A stretch of 64,000 nucleotides of DNA from Octopus vulgaris. Its lineage: Eukaryota. The translations under genes were made by a program, and so were the position numbers. The stretch covers positions 81,406,001 through 81,470,000 of the forward strand of contig OX597831.1 of NCBI GenBank assembly GCA_951406725.2, in the 5' to 3' direction. Numbering within the stretch: the first letter of the stretch is position 1; every line of letters starts with the position of its first letter. The notes beneath the pieces were generated by a model, which ran no database searches, was not told the DNA's origin, and saw only the letters and a program-made list of their open reading frames with translations. This document shows positions 45,650 to 59,461 of the stretch, piece by piece.

Positions 45650-45730
45650 TGTGTGTGTGTGTTATATATATGTGTGTATATATGTATATATATGTATGTA
45701 TATGTATGTACATATATATGTATGTATGTG

Positions 45731-45762
<32 letters not shown>

Positions 45763-46196
45763 TATACATACATGTATATATATGTATATATGTGTGTATA
45801 TGTATATATTTATGTATATATATATATATATATGCATATGTATATATGCATATAAATGACTGTATTATATGTATGCGTGTTTAAGATATGCGTGTGTGTG
45901 TGTGTGCGCACACATACAAGCACATTCTAATTTAAATAATTAAATATTTTTTCCGAGTGTGAATGAGGTCCTAATAGTCAGATATGATTATAGTCATACT
46001 TGTTCTCATTGTCACATAAGACCTACGACTTCACGCATGCATATACATATCTCTGATACTCGATTGATGTATACATATAGATATTTATGTATAAATGAAT
46101 TTGCTGTGTATGTATATAAATGCACACTTTTACATATATGTGCATATATAGCTAAGTATACTCAGTTCATAAATTTACGAAATGCATAGCATATAC

Positions 46197-46303
<107 letters not shown>

Positions 46304-46855
46304 TATATACATATATATACATATACATATATACATATATATGTATTTACATATATATATATATATATATATTATTTATATGCATGTGTGTGCATACGCA
46401 TATATGTATATATATGATTTATATATATGTGTGTCATTTGTATATATATATGCATACGTCTATGTATATATTTATATATACTTGTATGTAAGTGTATATA
46501 TATATATATACATAAACACACACACACACACATATGTATATAATCAAAAATGAAAACAAATGTAAAGACGAAAAGGATGAAAGTGAAAAGGACGTGGGCA
46601 ACGGATGTCTTCCGTTCGGATTAAGACGGAACATAGACGTTTACAGCCTGGGTTCTTCGTCAGAAAGAGGACAGAAGAAAGGTCTGGAGAGAAGGAAAAG
46701 AATAGCACGGAGGGAGCGGGAGAGTGAGAGTATGAGTTCGATTGAGAGATTGAGAAGAGATTTGCAAATAAAATGCATGTCATATCTACTTGTATCTATA
46801 CTTAGTTAATCCTCTATACATTCACACACGCGCACACGCACACAACTTTGAAGTT

Positions 46856-47059
46856 GTACTTGTTTCAGTCATTGGAATGCGGCCACGATGGGGCACAGCC
46901 GCCGTAAATGCTTTTGATGCCCGGTACGTATTGTATCGGTTTCTTTTACCAAACCGTTAATGTTACGGGATGAAAACAAACCAACAGAAATGGTACGGAA
47001 CAAACATAAACCCAAATTTTCCAAACACACATACAAACATTGATACATACATATATTTG

Positions 47060-47117
<58 letters not shown>

Positions 47118-47260
47118 CAAAGACTTCTTTCTGTTTTTGTCTATGAAATCTACTCACAAGGTTTTGGTCGGGCCGAGCCTATAGCAGAAGACACTTGGCC
47201 ATGCAGTGGGACGGAACCCGAAAAGCCTGTGAACGGGACGCAAACCTCTTACCGCACTCA
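46856..47260 (-). mobile_element. SINE copy (diverged)
   Basis: TTTCAGTCATTGGAATGCGGCCACG, CACAAGGTTTTGGTCGGGCCG, GCAGTGGGACGGAACCC. Confidence 0.75.
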
Positions 47261-47512
47261 CACACAGAATTTCACTCATAGACGCATTTATATGCAACAA
47301 GGTCTCACTAAACTACTAAAAGCTCCAAACAAGATTTCAAATCTTTACGACATTGTGGGCTCAGTGTGTGTCCCACTGCGTGGCACCTTGGGTATATATA
47401 TCTCGTATTACAATAACCCAGTGTCACATGTATGTATGTATGTATGTATGTATGTATGTATGTATGAATGTATGTATGAGTGCATGCATGTATGCACATT
47501 TACATTCATACA

Positions 47513-47557
<45 letters not shown>

Positions 47558-47608
47558 ACATAAGAATATACATATACACACATAGATGCACACACACTCC
47601 CATATATA

Positions 47609-48878
47609 TTAGATCATCCCACAAATAATGCAGTTTTTTCAATTGCATGAACTAAAAGTCGGAGAGGGACAGGATAAGCCGCCTGTATCAACTTGCTATA
47701 AAAGCAGGTAGTAATGTTACCGTGTCCTTATTCTTAGTGCAAGTTTTGAAGAGTGCAGTTCGATTTTAACAGTTATTTTTTCAAAGCTCTAATGGAAGTG
47801 ACAAAGTAACATATTCGGCATATTTTACTTTATGAGTTCAATAAAGGCAACAACATAATGGAAAGTGTGAGAATATTAATGTAATATATGGGCATCGGAC
47901 AATAAGGGTAAACCAGTGTCAACGGTGGTTCCAGAAATTCCAAGCCAGAAACTACAGCCTAGAAGATGGCCTGGAAGATCTGTAGAGCTCGACGAAGTCC
48001 TCTGCAAACCCTGGTGGAACAAAATCCCTTTGCAACTGTTGAGGAACTCGCAGAGAACCTTGGATTTGGTCATTCGACCATTCATCCACACCTGCATACC
48101 ATCGGAAAAAGTCAGGAAATTGAGTCAATGGGTTCCTCACAAACTTTCCAAGTCTAATCACACGCAGAGAGTGAATGTCGGGTCTTCTTTGCTGTCACGT
48201 CTCACGAATGAAACCTTTTTTGGACCGAATAGTGACTGGTGACGAGAAAAGAGTTCTCTATAAAAATATCAAGTACCGAAGACAGTGGTTAGGGAAAGAA
48301 GAAACACCAGTACCCCAGGCTAAAGAAGGTCTTCACCCACGTAAGGTGTTGTTATTTGTTTGGTGGGATATGAAAGGTTTAGTCCACTTTGAACTTTTAA
48401 ACCCAAACCAAACGATAACAAAGGAGATCTACTGTGAGCGGCTTGAGCGGATTAAGTCAGCGCTAGAAGGAAAATGACCATCTCTGGTTTCATCAGGAAA
48501 GGTGTTCTTCAATCAGGATAATGCTCAGCTAGATATAGTGAGGATGACATTCCAAAGGCTGGAGCAGTATGAATGGAACATGATGCCCCACCCACCATAT
48601 TTGCCCCATCTGATTATCATTTATTCCGCAGTCTCCAAAATCATTTGGACGGAAAAAATATGAATTCTGTAGATGAGGTCAGAACAGTAGTGGAAGAGTA
48701 TTTTTCGTCACAGACAAGTGAATTCTGGAAGAGGGACCTTGCAAGTCTTCTAGATAGATGGAAGAGCATTGTAGAAAATGAAGGAGAGAATATTTTAGAT
48801 TGGAAAAGAACTTTGTTTATCTTAATTTTGAAAAATAAAAGTAGTATAAAAAACCGCATTATTTATGGGATGACCCAA
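47609..48878 (+). mobile_element. Full-length decayed mariner (Tc1/mariner, DD34D-type) transposon
   Basis: TIRs TTAGATCATCCCACAAATAATGCAGTTTTT and AAAAACCGCATTATTTATGGGATGACCCAA, flanked by TA; 1270 bp. Transposase remnants from ATG 47792: WVPHKL, RIVTGDEK, QDNA, APSDYHLFRSLQNHL, with stops and frameshifts. Confidence 0.95.
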
Positions 48879-49246
48879 TACATTCACACATACATGCCTT
48901 CATACCTTACTTATCGTAACAATGAAGTCATTGTCTGCCACCCCACAAGTGATATATTTCTCGAATTCTCAATAACCACCCACATGTATTTAATTTGTTA
49001 GAAACACATTAGACATCCGATATTCGTTACACGAATTATGAGACTCGCGTTATACAAGTAGCAACGAACATTTTAATTTCAGCATCTCTTTTTTATATAT
49101 ATATAATTACATAATGTAGTTTTTATTATACACTTACGTTATACAGTTACATTCTCTGCATTCATTCTCTATTTATAACTTGAATAATCAGGCACGGCCA
49201 TATATATCCATATCCATATCTATCTATCTATATATCTATATATCTA

Positions 49247-49323
<77 letters not shown>

Positions 49324-49525
49324 GTCTGTCCGTCTATCTGTCTGACTGTCTGTCTGTTATCTTTGTATTTAACTATCTAAATAACTAATTAACTAACTCA
49401 CTCAGAAATCGAACTATCTCTCCAGCTTGAGAGCTGTTAGTGTATTTATCTACATATTCATATACGCGTAGACACGCACACACACACGCGCACGAATATA
49501 CGTATGTATGTCTGCATGGACGTAA

Positions 49526-49573
<48 letters not shown>

Positions 49574-49643
49574 TATAACAGATATATATTATTTGTAATA
49601 TATAGTCTATATTGCATATCATATATACATATAAATGTATATA

Positions 49644-49700
<57 letters not shown>

Positions 49701-49802
49701 GGAGTAAACACATAAACGTGAAACAAGGTGGAAAAAAGAGTACTCAAATACCAGGGGTAGAGTAATATGCTTTATTTAAAAGCAGCAGAAATTCAACAAA
49801 AC

Positions 49803-49840
49803 CTGTTACTCGGAGTTTCACATTCCCGTTCGTCGGACAG
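49803..49840 (-). ncRNA. Type I hammerhead ribozyme motif, inverted partner
   Basis: CUGU-CCGACGA-ACG(GGAA)UGU-GAA-ACU(CCG)AGU-A-ACAG, with a G-U wobble in stem II. Confidence 0.68.
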
Positions 49841-49903
49841 TTTTTTAACAAAAACTGCGCTTTAAATAAAGCATATTAGTCTACCCCTGGTATTTGAAAA
49901 AAA

Positions 49904-49941
49904 CTGTCCGACGAACGGGAACGTGAAACTCCGAGTAACAG
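49904..49941 (+). ncRNA. Type I hammerhead ribozyme motif (U4C variant)
   Basis: CUGU-CCGACGA-ACG(GGAA)CGU-GAA-ACU(CCG)AGU-A-ACAG. Stems I, II and III all pair; GUA cleavage triplet. Confidence 0.7.
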
Positions 49942-49974
49942 GTTTTGTTGAATTTCTGCTGCTTTTAAATAAAG

Positions 49975-50072
<98 letters not shown>

Positions 50073-50077
50073 GATAG

Positions 50078-50135
<58 letters not shown>

Positions 50136-50432
50136 ATATGACTACATATATCGCTATACCAATTTAGCTAAGTCGCTCTACATCTACATCTCTATGTATA
50201 TGTGTGTTTATGCATGCACCTATCTAGGCACAGTAGAACTGAAAGTGGCGGAGTGAATATATAATAGCCATTCATGGGGAGAGACCTATTTACCTTGTTT
50301 ACAAAATATCTTCCAGTATTTTCGACTGGCTGCTTTGTCTCTTTTGTTTGTTCTAAGCATATTTGAATATAAAATATAATTTTAAATGTTCATACTCAGC
50401 GAGACACACAAGCACACAGATAGAATATAGAT

Positions 50433-50481
<49 letters not shown>

Positions 50482-50482
50482 T

Positions 50483-50518
<36 letters not shown>

Positions 50519-50578
50519 GTAGATAGATAGATAGACAGACAAACAGACAGATGGATAGATAGATAGATAGATAGATAT

Positions 50579-50642
<64 letters not shown>

Positions 50643-50888
50643 ATAGAAGGAAAGACAGATGTGTCGGAAAGAGATGGCGATTAGTATGTAAATTACTTAA
50701 CTATCATTCGATCTACATAGATGTCTGCTAATAACTAATTATCTCCAGGTATCTATCTTAAGATATTTTGGTGTATATATGTACATGAACGTTTGTATTT
50801 ACACCCACACACACACACACACACACACTCACACATGTATGTATGTATGTATGTATGTATGTATGTATGTATGTATGTATGTATATAT

Positions 50889-50948
<60 letters not shown>

Positions 50949-51049
50949 TCATACATTTATATACATATGTACATTTATATTTATATACATATATACATTT
51001 ACATTTATATACATATATATATATATATGCATTTATATGCATATATATA

Positions 51050-51130
<81 letters not shown>

Positions 51131-51211
51131 TATATATAGTTGAAATTTACTGAAAAACAGAAGGCAGGTGTGTAAACAACAAGCAAATATATATATTTAA
51201 ACACGCATATA

Positions 51212-51350
51212 CACGAGAGCGTTCCGAAAAGTTCCTCATTCTGGGTAAAAGAAAATACTGGCGGATCAGTTAATTTCGATTTTATCCAACATATTCCCCT
51301 CTCAGATTCACACTCTTATAGCAGCGGTCCTTCAGTGTTTCTAAGCCCTG
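51212..51350 (-). mobile_element. 3' terminal fragment of a third mariner family
   Basis: Minus strand reads QGLETLKDRCYKSVNLRGEYVG*, the typical mariner C-terminus (C...GxY). Followed by a TIR-like ACGAGAGCGTTCCGAAAAGTTCC. Confidence 0.7.
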
Positions 51351-51758
51351 TTGGGCCTCCAGCTAGACCTTTCGTGGTGCCCTTAAAGCAAGGAAATGTT
51401 CAGCACCCCTCATACGTATGTAAATTAAGTAGACACGACTTTTCCTTATTTGAATGCTTAAATAGAAATTACAACAAAATTAGAACCATCGGTACGAAAA
51501 TAGATGTGTGTGTGTGTGTGAAAAGCGAGTGATTGAGAAATGACAGGTAAACGATCGTAATTTTTGTTCCGAAATTCAATAATTAGTTTATACTAATGTG
51601 TTTGAAAACACACACACACACACACACACACATACACAAATATTCGTATGTACGCATATATATTCATATATATATGTTGATATATAGTATACGCACACAT
51701 ATGTATGTATATAATATAATATATTTTAAGCTTATATAAATATATATATGCATATATA

Positions 51759-51797
<39 letters not shown>

Positions 51798-52120
51798 ATA
51801 CATATATATATATATATATATGTGTGTGTATGTGTGTGTGTGTGAATGTATGTATAAGTGCGTGTACAAATGCATACGTATATATAAATATATAATTCAT
51901 ACCTATATAAATATGCATACACACACACACACATAAATACATATATTTCATATATACATCTTCACACACTCAAATATTCAAATATACGCACGTGCATATT
52001 GAACCGTTGATCGATTTCACTCTAATCGTATCACGCCTCATCTCTCCCTCTCTAACATTTATACAAATATGTATGTGTGCTTGTATGTATATAGTGAGAG
52101 AGAAGGCGACAATGTGTGTA

Positions 52121-52210
<90 letters not shown>

Positions 52211-52513
52211 TGTATATATATATGAATGTATGTATATTTGTAAATAGTAAAGAACTACTCCAGACGTTTACCGGTTTGCTCTCAGGTATTGAAAGGAGGT
52301 TATTCAACAGTTAATATATAAATCCAATAATATTCTTATAAGAAAAGAAATAAGATATAATCCGTTGGATAATCCTAAATCTATTACCTGAACCGTAAAG
52401 GTTTCCTGGAATATATAATGTCGACAATAAAAATAATAATAAGGACTATTAAGAAGTTGCGATATATATATATATATATATACATACATATATATATATA
52501 TTTATCAACAATG

Positions 52514-52544
<31 letters not shown>

Positions 52545-52801
52545 TCAACAATTATATATATATATATCAACAATGATATATATGTATATATATATATACA
52601 TGTATATATATATATATCAGGTTAGCTGAGTAGGAGGTTACAATAACTGTCTAAGAGATACAAGTATCCATTCCACAACCGGTAGATACCTGTGTTTAAC
52701 CAGGGTCATACTAATGTTCATAAGTTATTGGTAAAGACAAGGGTAGACATGGGTTTATTAAGGATCAAAATTCAAAGAAAACAGAAAGCTTTTGTTTTCT
52801 T

Positions 52802-52914
<113 letters not shown>

Positions 52915-53206
52915 GTATTTATGTATGTATGTATGTATGTATGTATGTATGTATGTGTGTCTGAAAATGTGTGTATGTATGTATGTATACAGGTTTAGTG
53001 ATGCAACAGGAAAATAGAACAAAACTCATGAGTAGTGTGTATATATATATTTTAAATATTTACAACAGAAGCAACAGAATAACCGCACGTCTGAGGTTCC
53101 GTGCATTGGCACCTATCAAACCCACGGCCCGTGAGTCACTCTGTTACTTCTACTAAATATCAATATATATACACACACATATTATATATATATATATATA
53201 TATTAT

Positions 53207-53255
<49 letters not shown>

Positions 53256-54101
53256 TTTGCCTAGTTATAAGGAAATTTCTTGCCAATAAGGTTGGAATGT
53301 AGACTGTGCACATGCATACACAGACAGACAGACAGACTCACACACACACACACACACACACACTATGTTTCGACTCTAAGGGATACGGACCCGAGTTTTG
53401 GGATTAGTACTCGGTGAATAAATGACCGAGTACCAACCAGGAAGCCTTATTTGTTTTATAATTAACACATACACACAGGTAGCAAGGTGCTCTGAGTTTC
53501 TCCCTCTCCATTCATACACACACACACACACACACACGTATATATTTGTACGTGTGGGATGACGTGTGACTGTATATTCATACTTACATAACATACATAC
53601 ATGCATACGAGTACAAATGCATACAAATGTATGTGCATGTGCATAATATACACCCGTTAAATATTAATCCAGATATTGAAATAGAGACGAACAGTGATAA
53701 GTGGGTGTACGTGCAAGTGTGTATATGTGTGTGTGCGTGCAAGTGTGTATGTATATGTGTGTGCGTGAAAGAGAGACAGGAGAGAGAGAGAGAGAGAGAG
53801 AAAGAGTGAAATATAACCGTTAAATAACATCGTTATGCGAATATATACAGTGATACTATAATGATAATAATAATAAACAGCAATTATATATATATATATA
53901 TACATATATATACATATATATACCCACGTTTTCAATGATAAATTTCCTTCGTTCGTATTAAATTCTTCCGTTGTTGTTCTTGTCTTTGGTTAATATTCAT
54001 GATTCGTCGTTTCAGACACTCAGCGTCCGATTGGTGTCTCGCTCGCAAACAGAGTTACAACGACCGTTTTACACTCTCCAAATGTCGTCCATATTTCTTA
54101 C

Positions 54102-55288
54102 CTACTACTTCATACTAATATAACTATCACTGCTGCAGCTACTACTATTACTACTACTACTACGGCTGCTGCTGCTGCTGATGCCTTTGCTGCTGTCACT
54201 GTTGCTGCTGCTGCTGCTGCTGCAGAAGGTTTGTTTATTTGGTTTTTGTGTAGTCCCCGGTCAGTCTTTCGTTGATGGGTCCAGCAAAAATCTTGAACTC
54301 ACATCTTTTTGTTTTGTTTTGTGTGTAGGAAAAGTGTATCAAGGATTCCATCAGCCGATGTAATATTCCGTTTTGTTGCTGCTTTTTTAAAAAAATTCTT
54401 TCTTGGAACTGCTCAATGGGTGCAACTTCAAATGAGATTTGACTGCTGTTTCTAGCAGATCGTGCAAACAAGAAAAAATCTCTTTCACGCTGATTCGATT
54501 TTGCGATTGTTGGTGTTGTTGTTGTTATGTATCTGCTGTCCTGAACCAGCTCTTTGCTCGTTACTGGTTGCTACTGCTGCTGCTGCTGCTGCTGTTGCTG
54601 CTACTCTTGCTGCTGCTGCTGCTGCTGTTCTAGACACAAAGCAATTGCCACAGCTTGTTGCTCCCACTGACGACATTCCTGTTGTAATACATTTGTTTTA
54701 AAAAAACTTTTAAAGCTTTTTTTTTTCTTTCCTTATTTTTCATTCAGTTTTGTTTTTGTTGTTTTTATTGTTGTAGCTTAATTAGTTATCAACAAGCATT
54801 AATTAATAATTTCAATGTCTTCTTACATCTTTAACTGTTCTCGTCTACGTGTAGAATCTATTTGACTCTCTGACAAGATCCCGTCTCCAAAGCGTACCGC
54901 CGTTGTTCGTGTCTTAGAATTACAAATTTATAGACACCAAAAAAAAAAAAAAAATTTTTTAATAGGTGTGTAACATAAATGTGTAAATGGTTTATAATTT
55001 TGTTTTCGAATTGCCAACGGGATTTGTATCAAGATGTGTTTGTAAATACACACACATAGATATATAGATATATATATATAGAGAGAGAGAAATATATATA
55101 GAGAGGGAGGGAGGTCCTCTTATTGTTGTTTGATTAAACGTTTAATGCATATAATAAAAACGTATATTCATGTATGCACACATACCCCCACACACATACA
55201 CACGTATATATAAATATCTGTTGTGTATAAATAAATATACACGTTTGTATGTGTCCGTTGTTTGTTAATACATACCTGAGATTGTAAA

Positions 55289-55345
<57 letters not shown>

Positions 55346-55586
55346 CAGTCTTTCGTCTGCCAGGTTGTGAGTGTGTGTGTGTGTGTTTTCAATAATTTTC
55401 GTGCGCGTATATATTTGGGTTATGTATATATTGTAAGAAAGAGAGAGAGAGAGAGAGAGGGAGAGAGAAAAAACAGCGCGCGCGCGTACAAACACCTCTA
55501 TTGAAAGTAATTAGTCGTAACAGTAGCAGCAGCAGTGGTAGTAGTAGAAGTAACAATATAGCCAAAACCACACACACACACATGCA

Positions 55587-55625
<39 letters not shown>

Positions 55626-55700
55626 CGAACAGACAAGAACTCGTGTGTGTGTGTGTGTGTGTGTAAGTGGCAGAGTCTCTCCCTGATACCAAGTCAGTCT
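54102..55700 (-). other. Putative non-coding first exon / long 5' leader
   Basis: Transposon-free, CAG/CAA-rich low-complexity sequence like developmental-gene leaders. Ends in a strong donor AGTAG|GTAAGA (GT at 54101-54100). No long ORF. The 5' boundary is a guess. Confidence 0.35.
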
Positions 55701-56015
55701 TCTGGGTCCAATTAAAGCTCTCACTAACTTTAAACGCACATTAATAACTCTACACCCCCTTCCCCCCTTCTCTTTCTTTCTTCCTCACTTTCTCTCTCTC
55801 TCTCTCTCTCTCTCTCCAACACTCTCTACTTCCCCCCCGCTCATTATATCTCTATATGTTCTCTTTCTGCTTCCTCTAACTCCTTCTTATCGTCTGTGTG
55901 GGCGGGGCTTCTACTTCCACCGCTACTAACGCTCCCACTACAATAATAATAACCACTCAGACTATTCCTTAACCACCACCACCACCACCACCACCGCTGC
56001 CGCCGCCGCCTTATG

Positions 56016-56049
<34 letters not shown>

Positions 56050-56200
56050 AACTCCCTTTTCGTCACCACCGCCTCCACCACCGCCACCGCCACCATTATT
56101 ACTCTTCCACGTCAATTAACGCCGACATAATCACGTTTCTGATTGGTCTAAACTGGAAGTCATCAACCACGCTACTTACTTCACATCTTCCCCTCCTACC
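55680..56200 (-). promoter_or_regulatory. Candidate distal promoter
   Basis: GC box GGGCGGGGC (55900-55908), CCAAT box (CTGATTGG 56139-56146), CCACGTCA (about 56107-56114), and GA/GGC/GGT tracts in a transposon-free island. Confidence 0.4.
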
Positions 56201-56366
56201 ACTCCCACTATTGCACACGGAATCGCTCTTCCTCCCACCACTACTTAATTACATTAATACCTTATTTCTTTACCCTTTCTTTCTCTCCTTTTGCCTCAAC
56301 AAACCTCATTAACAAATCTCTTTAGTTTACCGTCAGCCCCCCCCTCCCATCTCCCTTCTGCTCTCC

Positions 56367-56462
56367 CTTCTCTTTCCGCCTTTCTCTCTCTTTCCGCCTT
56401 TCTCTCTCTTTCCGCCTTTCTCTCTCTTTCCGCCTTTCTCTCTCTTTCCGCCTTTCTCTCTC
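56367..56462. repeat. 18-bp minisatellite, about 5 copies
   Basis: (TCTCTCTTTCCGCCTTTC)n. Confidence 0.9.
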
Positions 56463-56514
56463 TAATCCACTTACATTATTTTTCCTTCTACCCTTTTATT
56501 TATCATTGAATTGC

Positions 56515-57071
56515 TATATGCATGCATGTATGTATGTGTGTGTGTATGTGTGTATGTATGTATGTGTGTGTGTGTATGTGTGTGTGTATATATGTAAGTA
56601 TGTATCTTTGCATGTATGTATGTATTGTACGTATGTATGTATGTGTGTGTGTATGTGTGTATGTATGTATGTGTGTGTGTGTGTGTATGTATGTATGTGT
56701 GTGTGTATATTTGTATGTATGTATGTATGTATGTGTGTATGTATGTAGGTGTGTGTATGAATGTATGTATGTATGTATGTATGTGTGTGTGTGTATGTAT
56801 GTATGTATGTATGTGTGTGTGTGTATGTATGTATGTATGTATGTATGTATGTGTGTGTGTATGTATGTATATATGTATGTGTGTGTATGTATGTATGTAT
56901 GTATGTATGTGTGTATATGTATGTATGTATGTGTGTGTATGTATGTATGTATGTATGTATGTATGTATGTATGTATGTACGCATGTATGCATGTATGTAT
57001 GTATGTATGTATGTATGTATGTATGTATGTATGTATGTATGTTTGTATGTATGTATGTATGTATGTATGTA

Positions 57072-57102
<31 letters not shown>

Positions 57103-57420
57103 ATGTGTGTGTGTGTATGTATGTATATATGTATGTATGTATGTGTGTGTGTATGTATGTATGTATATATGTATGTGTGTGTATGTATGTATGTATGTAT
57201 GTATGTATGTATGTTTGTATATGTATGTATGTATGTGTGTGTATGTATGTATGTATGTATGTGTGTGTGTATGTATGTATGTATGTATGTACGTATGTAT
57301 GCATGTATGTATGTACATATGTATGTATGTATGTATGCATGTATGTATATATGTATGTATGTATGTATGTGTGTGTGTATGTATGTATGCATGTATGCAT
57401 ACATGTATGTGTGTGTGTGC
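56515..57420. repeat. Compound (ATGT)n/(GT)n microsatellite
   Basis: Seen directly; about 900 bp. Confidence 0.95.
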
Positions 57421-57655
57421 ATCAACTTAAGTAAAAATAAGTATATATATACACACGTGCGTGATGCGAATATACACATACATACATATAGCTATAGATG
57501 TTTGGGAAGATATTATGTATATATGAATTGTATCTGTATTTTTCTGTCTATACATCGATATACGTGCATGCATACATACATACATACACACCCATATACA
57601 TTACATACCATACACATAATTTTCGCATCGTTTCTGTGCAATAAAATGAAATTCT

Positions 57656-57708
<53 letters not shown>

Positions 57709-58046
57709 CATTCAGCAGGTGAGCAGGTACATACCAGACCGTCACGCGCGTACACAAACCGACACGTAGACATTCACACACGATCAAATACACAAATACG
57801 TGTGCGCGTACACACACACGCGCACACACGGACAAACACGCGCGCAGGCGCACACACACACACACAAACATACACCAGACAATTACAGACATACATCTAT
57901 TTTTTCGCCCAGTATTACAGCACCACTTCTATATATCTATCTATCAATCTATCAGTCTTTTAGTCAGTCTATCTAATAGTCTATCCATTTCTGTCTACTC
58001 CTCTGTGTAAATATATATATATATAATATGTGTGTGTGTGTGTGTG

Positions 58047-58410
58047 CACCCAGCTGGCCGTCTGCGCTTTGTCGCCATCCTGGTAATGTGCACTTGGAAA
58101 AAGGCATCATCAGGATTTCGATACCCAGGCCCCGCAATGATTTAGGTTCTGGGATTGTAACCCGACGTGGGCTAGTGTATCCTGTAAGCTTTACGTACAG
58201 GTTTGGGCGCTGGTAGCGCAGAGGTTGGAATTTTCCAGCATTAGACTGCGTATTATTGTCCTCAGCTCATCTGTAAATTGAGTTCAACTCCTGCTTCAGG
58301 TGTGAAACATCGCTAAGGTTTTGTATTTTATGCGAGACTTTTGTATCATCTGCGTAACTAGCAAGAGTGGCTATCCGAACAGATGAGGGCACGTCTGAGA
58401 GGGCCTCAGA
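58047..58410 (-). mobile_element. LINE reverse transcriptase fragment (inverted relative to 58745-59458)
   Basis: ATLASYADDTKVSHKIQ...LKQELNSIYR contains the YADD catalytic motif. Confidence 0.88.
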
Positions 58411-58426
58411 TATAAATGTATGAATG

Positions 58427-58472
<46 letters not shown>

Positions 58473-58551
58473 ATCCAAACATGAAAACACAACGAGGACG
58501 TGGAGCAAGTATAGTGTTATTGGACGCTCAGGAAAGAAGGAAAGAAGGAGG

Positions 58552-58586
58552 GTTTAACGTTTCGAGCGGAGCTCTTCGTCAGAAAC
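58552..58586 (-). ncRNA. Minimal (dimer-type) hammerhead motif in a Penelope-like repeat
   Basis: GUUU-CUGACGA-A-GAGC(UCC)GCUC-GAAAC-GUU-AAAC. 4-bp stem I and palindromic ACGU stem III. Confidence 0.65.
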
Positions 58587-58696
58587 ATTGGAATAGGAAA
58601 GATCCAAAGAAAGGAAGACGGGGGAAAAAATCAATATATATACATATATATATATATACACACAAATATATGAATATATAAATATATATATATATT

Positions 58697-58743
<47 letters not shown>

Positions 58744-58744
58744 T

Positions 58745-59458
58745 TTACCAAGATGGTGACAAATTGCAGACGGCTAGCTGGATCCTGGGACCTTCAGAAC
58801 CAGAGGAAAAGAAACGATGATGGTCCTCTGGCGGACATTCTTACTCAGCCGCCTGGACTACTGCTCCCACCTATCGTCTCCCCACAGTGTAAAATTAAAA
58901 GTGAACCTTGAAGCAATCCAGCGAATCTTCACAAAGAAGATCGTCTCATTGCAACAGCTTAACTACTGAAACAGCTAAGACTCTACTCCCTGGAGCGAAG
59001 ATGGAGAGATATGCAGTAATATACACCTGGAAGATACTGGAAGAGATTGTGCTAAATTTTGGCATTGAAAGCTACACAAATGCCAGGACGGGTCGACACT
59101 GCACAGTGCCAAAGATCCCAGCAATGCTGTCGCGCTTCAGGACCAGTTACTGCAACAATCTGGGCTTCAGAGGCCCATAGCTTTTTAATATTCTCCCAAA
59201 GAGCGTGAAGGACCTAAACAAAGTGGATGTAGGTGTTTTCAATTCGAAACTGAATCTTTTCCTGTCGAGAGTTACAGATGAACCTACCTCGGGGCAGGAA
59301 ACGCAAATAAGGGTAGCGACATCAAACTCCCTTATTCACCAAATGCCACATATTAGAGGAGGCTCTCAATCATAACAGTATTAAACGGCAGTGCCTCAGC
59401 ATGGCCGCAGGTCTGAGCTGAAACTGATGAAATAAAAATAGAAGATGAAATAAAATAA
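58745..59458 (+). mobile_element. Same LINE family, 3' part, decayed
   Basis: ERYAVIYTWKILE...NARTGRHC...LGFRGP, a PDEP-like region and tail GGCAGTGCCTCAGCATGGCCGCAG...GCTGAAAC. Confidence 0.88.
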
Positions 59459-59461
59459 TTA

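Noticed and set aside
54485-54676. Poly-Ala ORF as a protein-coding exon
   Set aside because: Short, derived from CAG repeats, ends in a stop and has no recognisable motif; at most a uORF.
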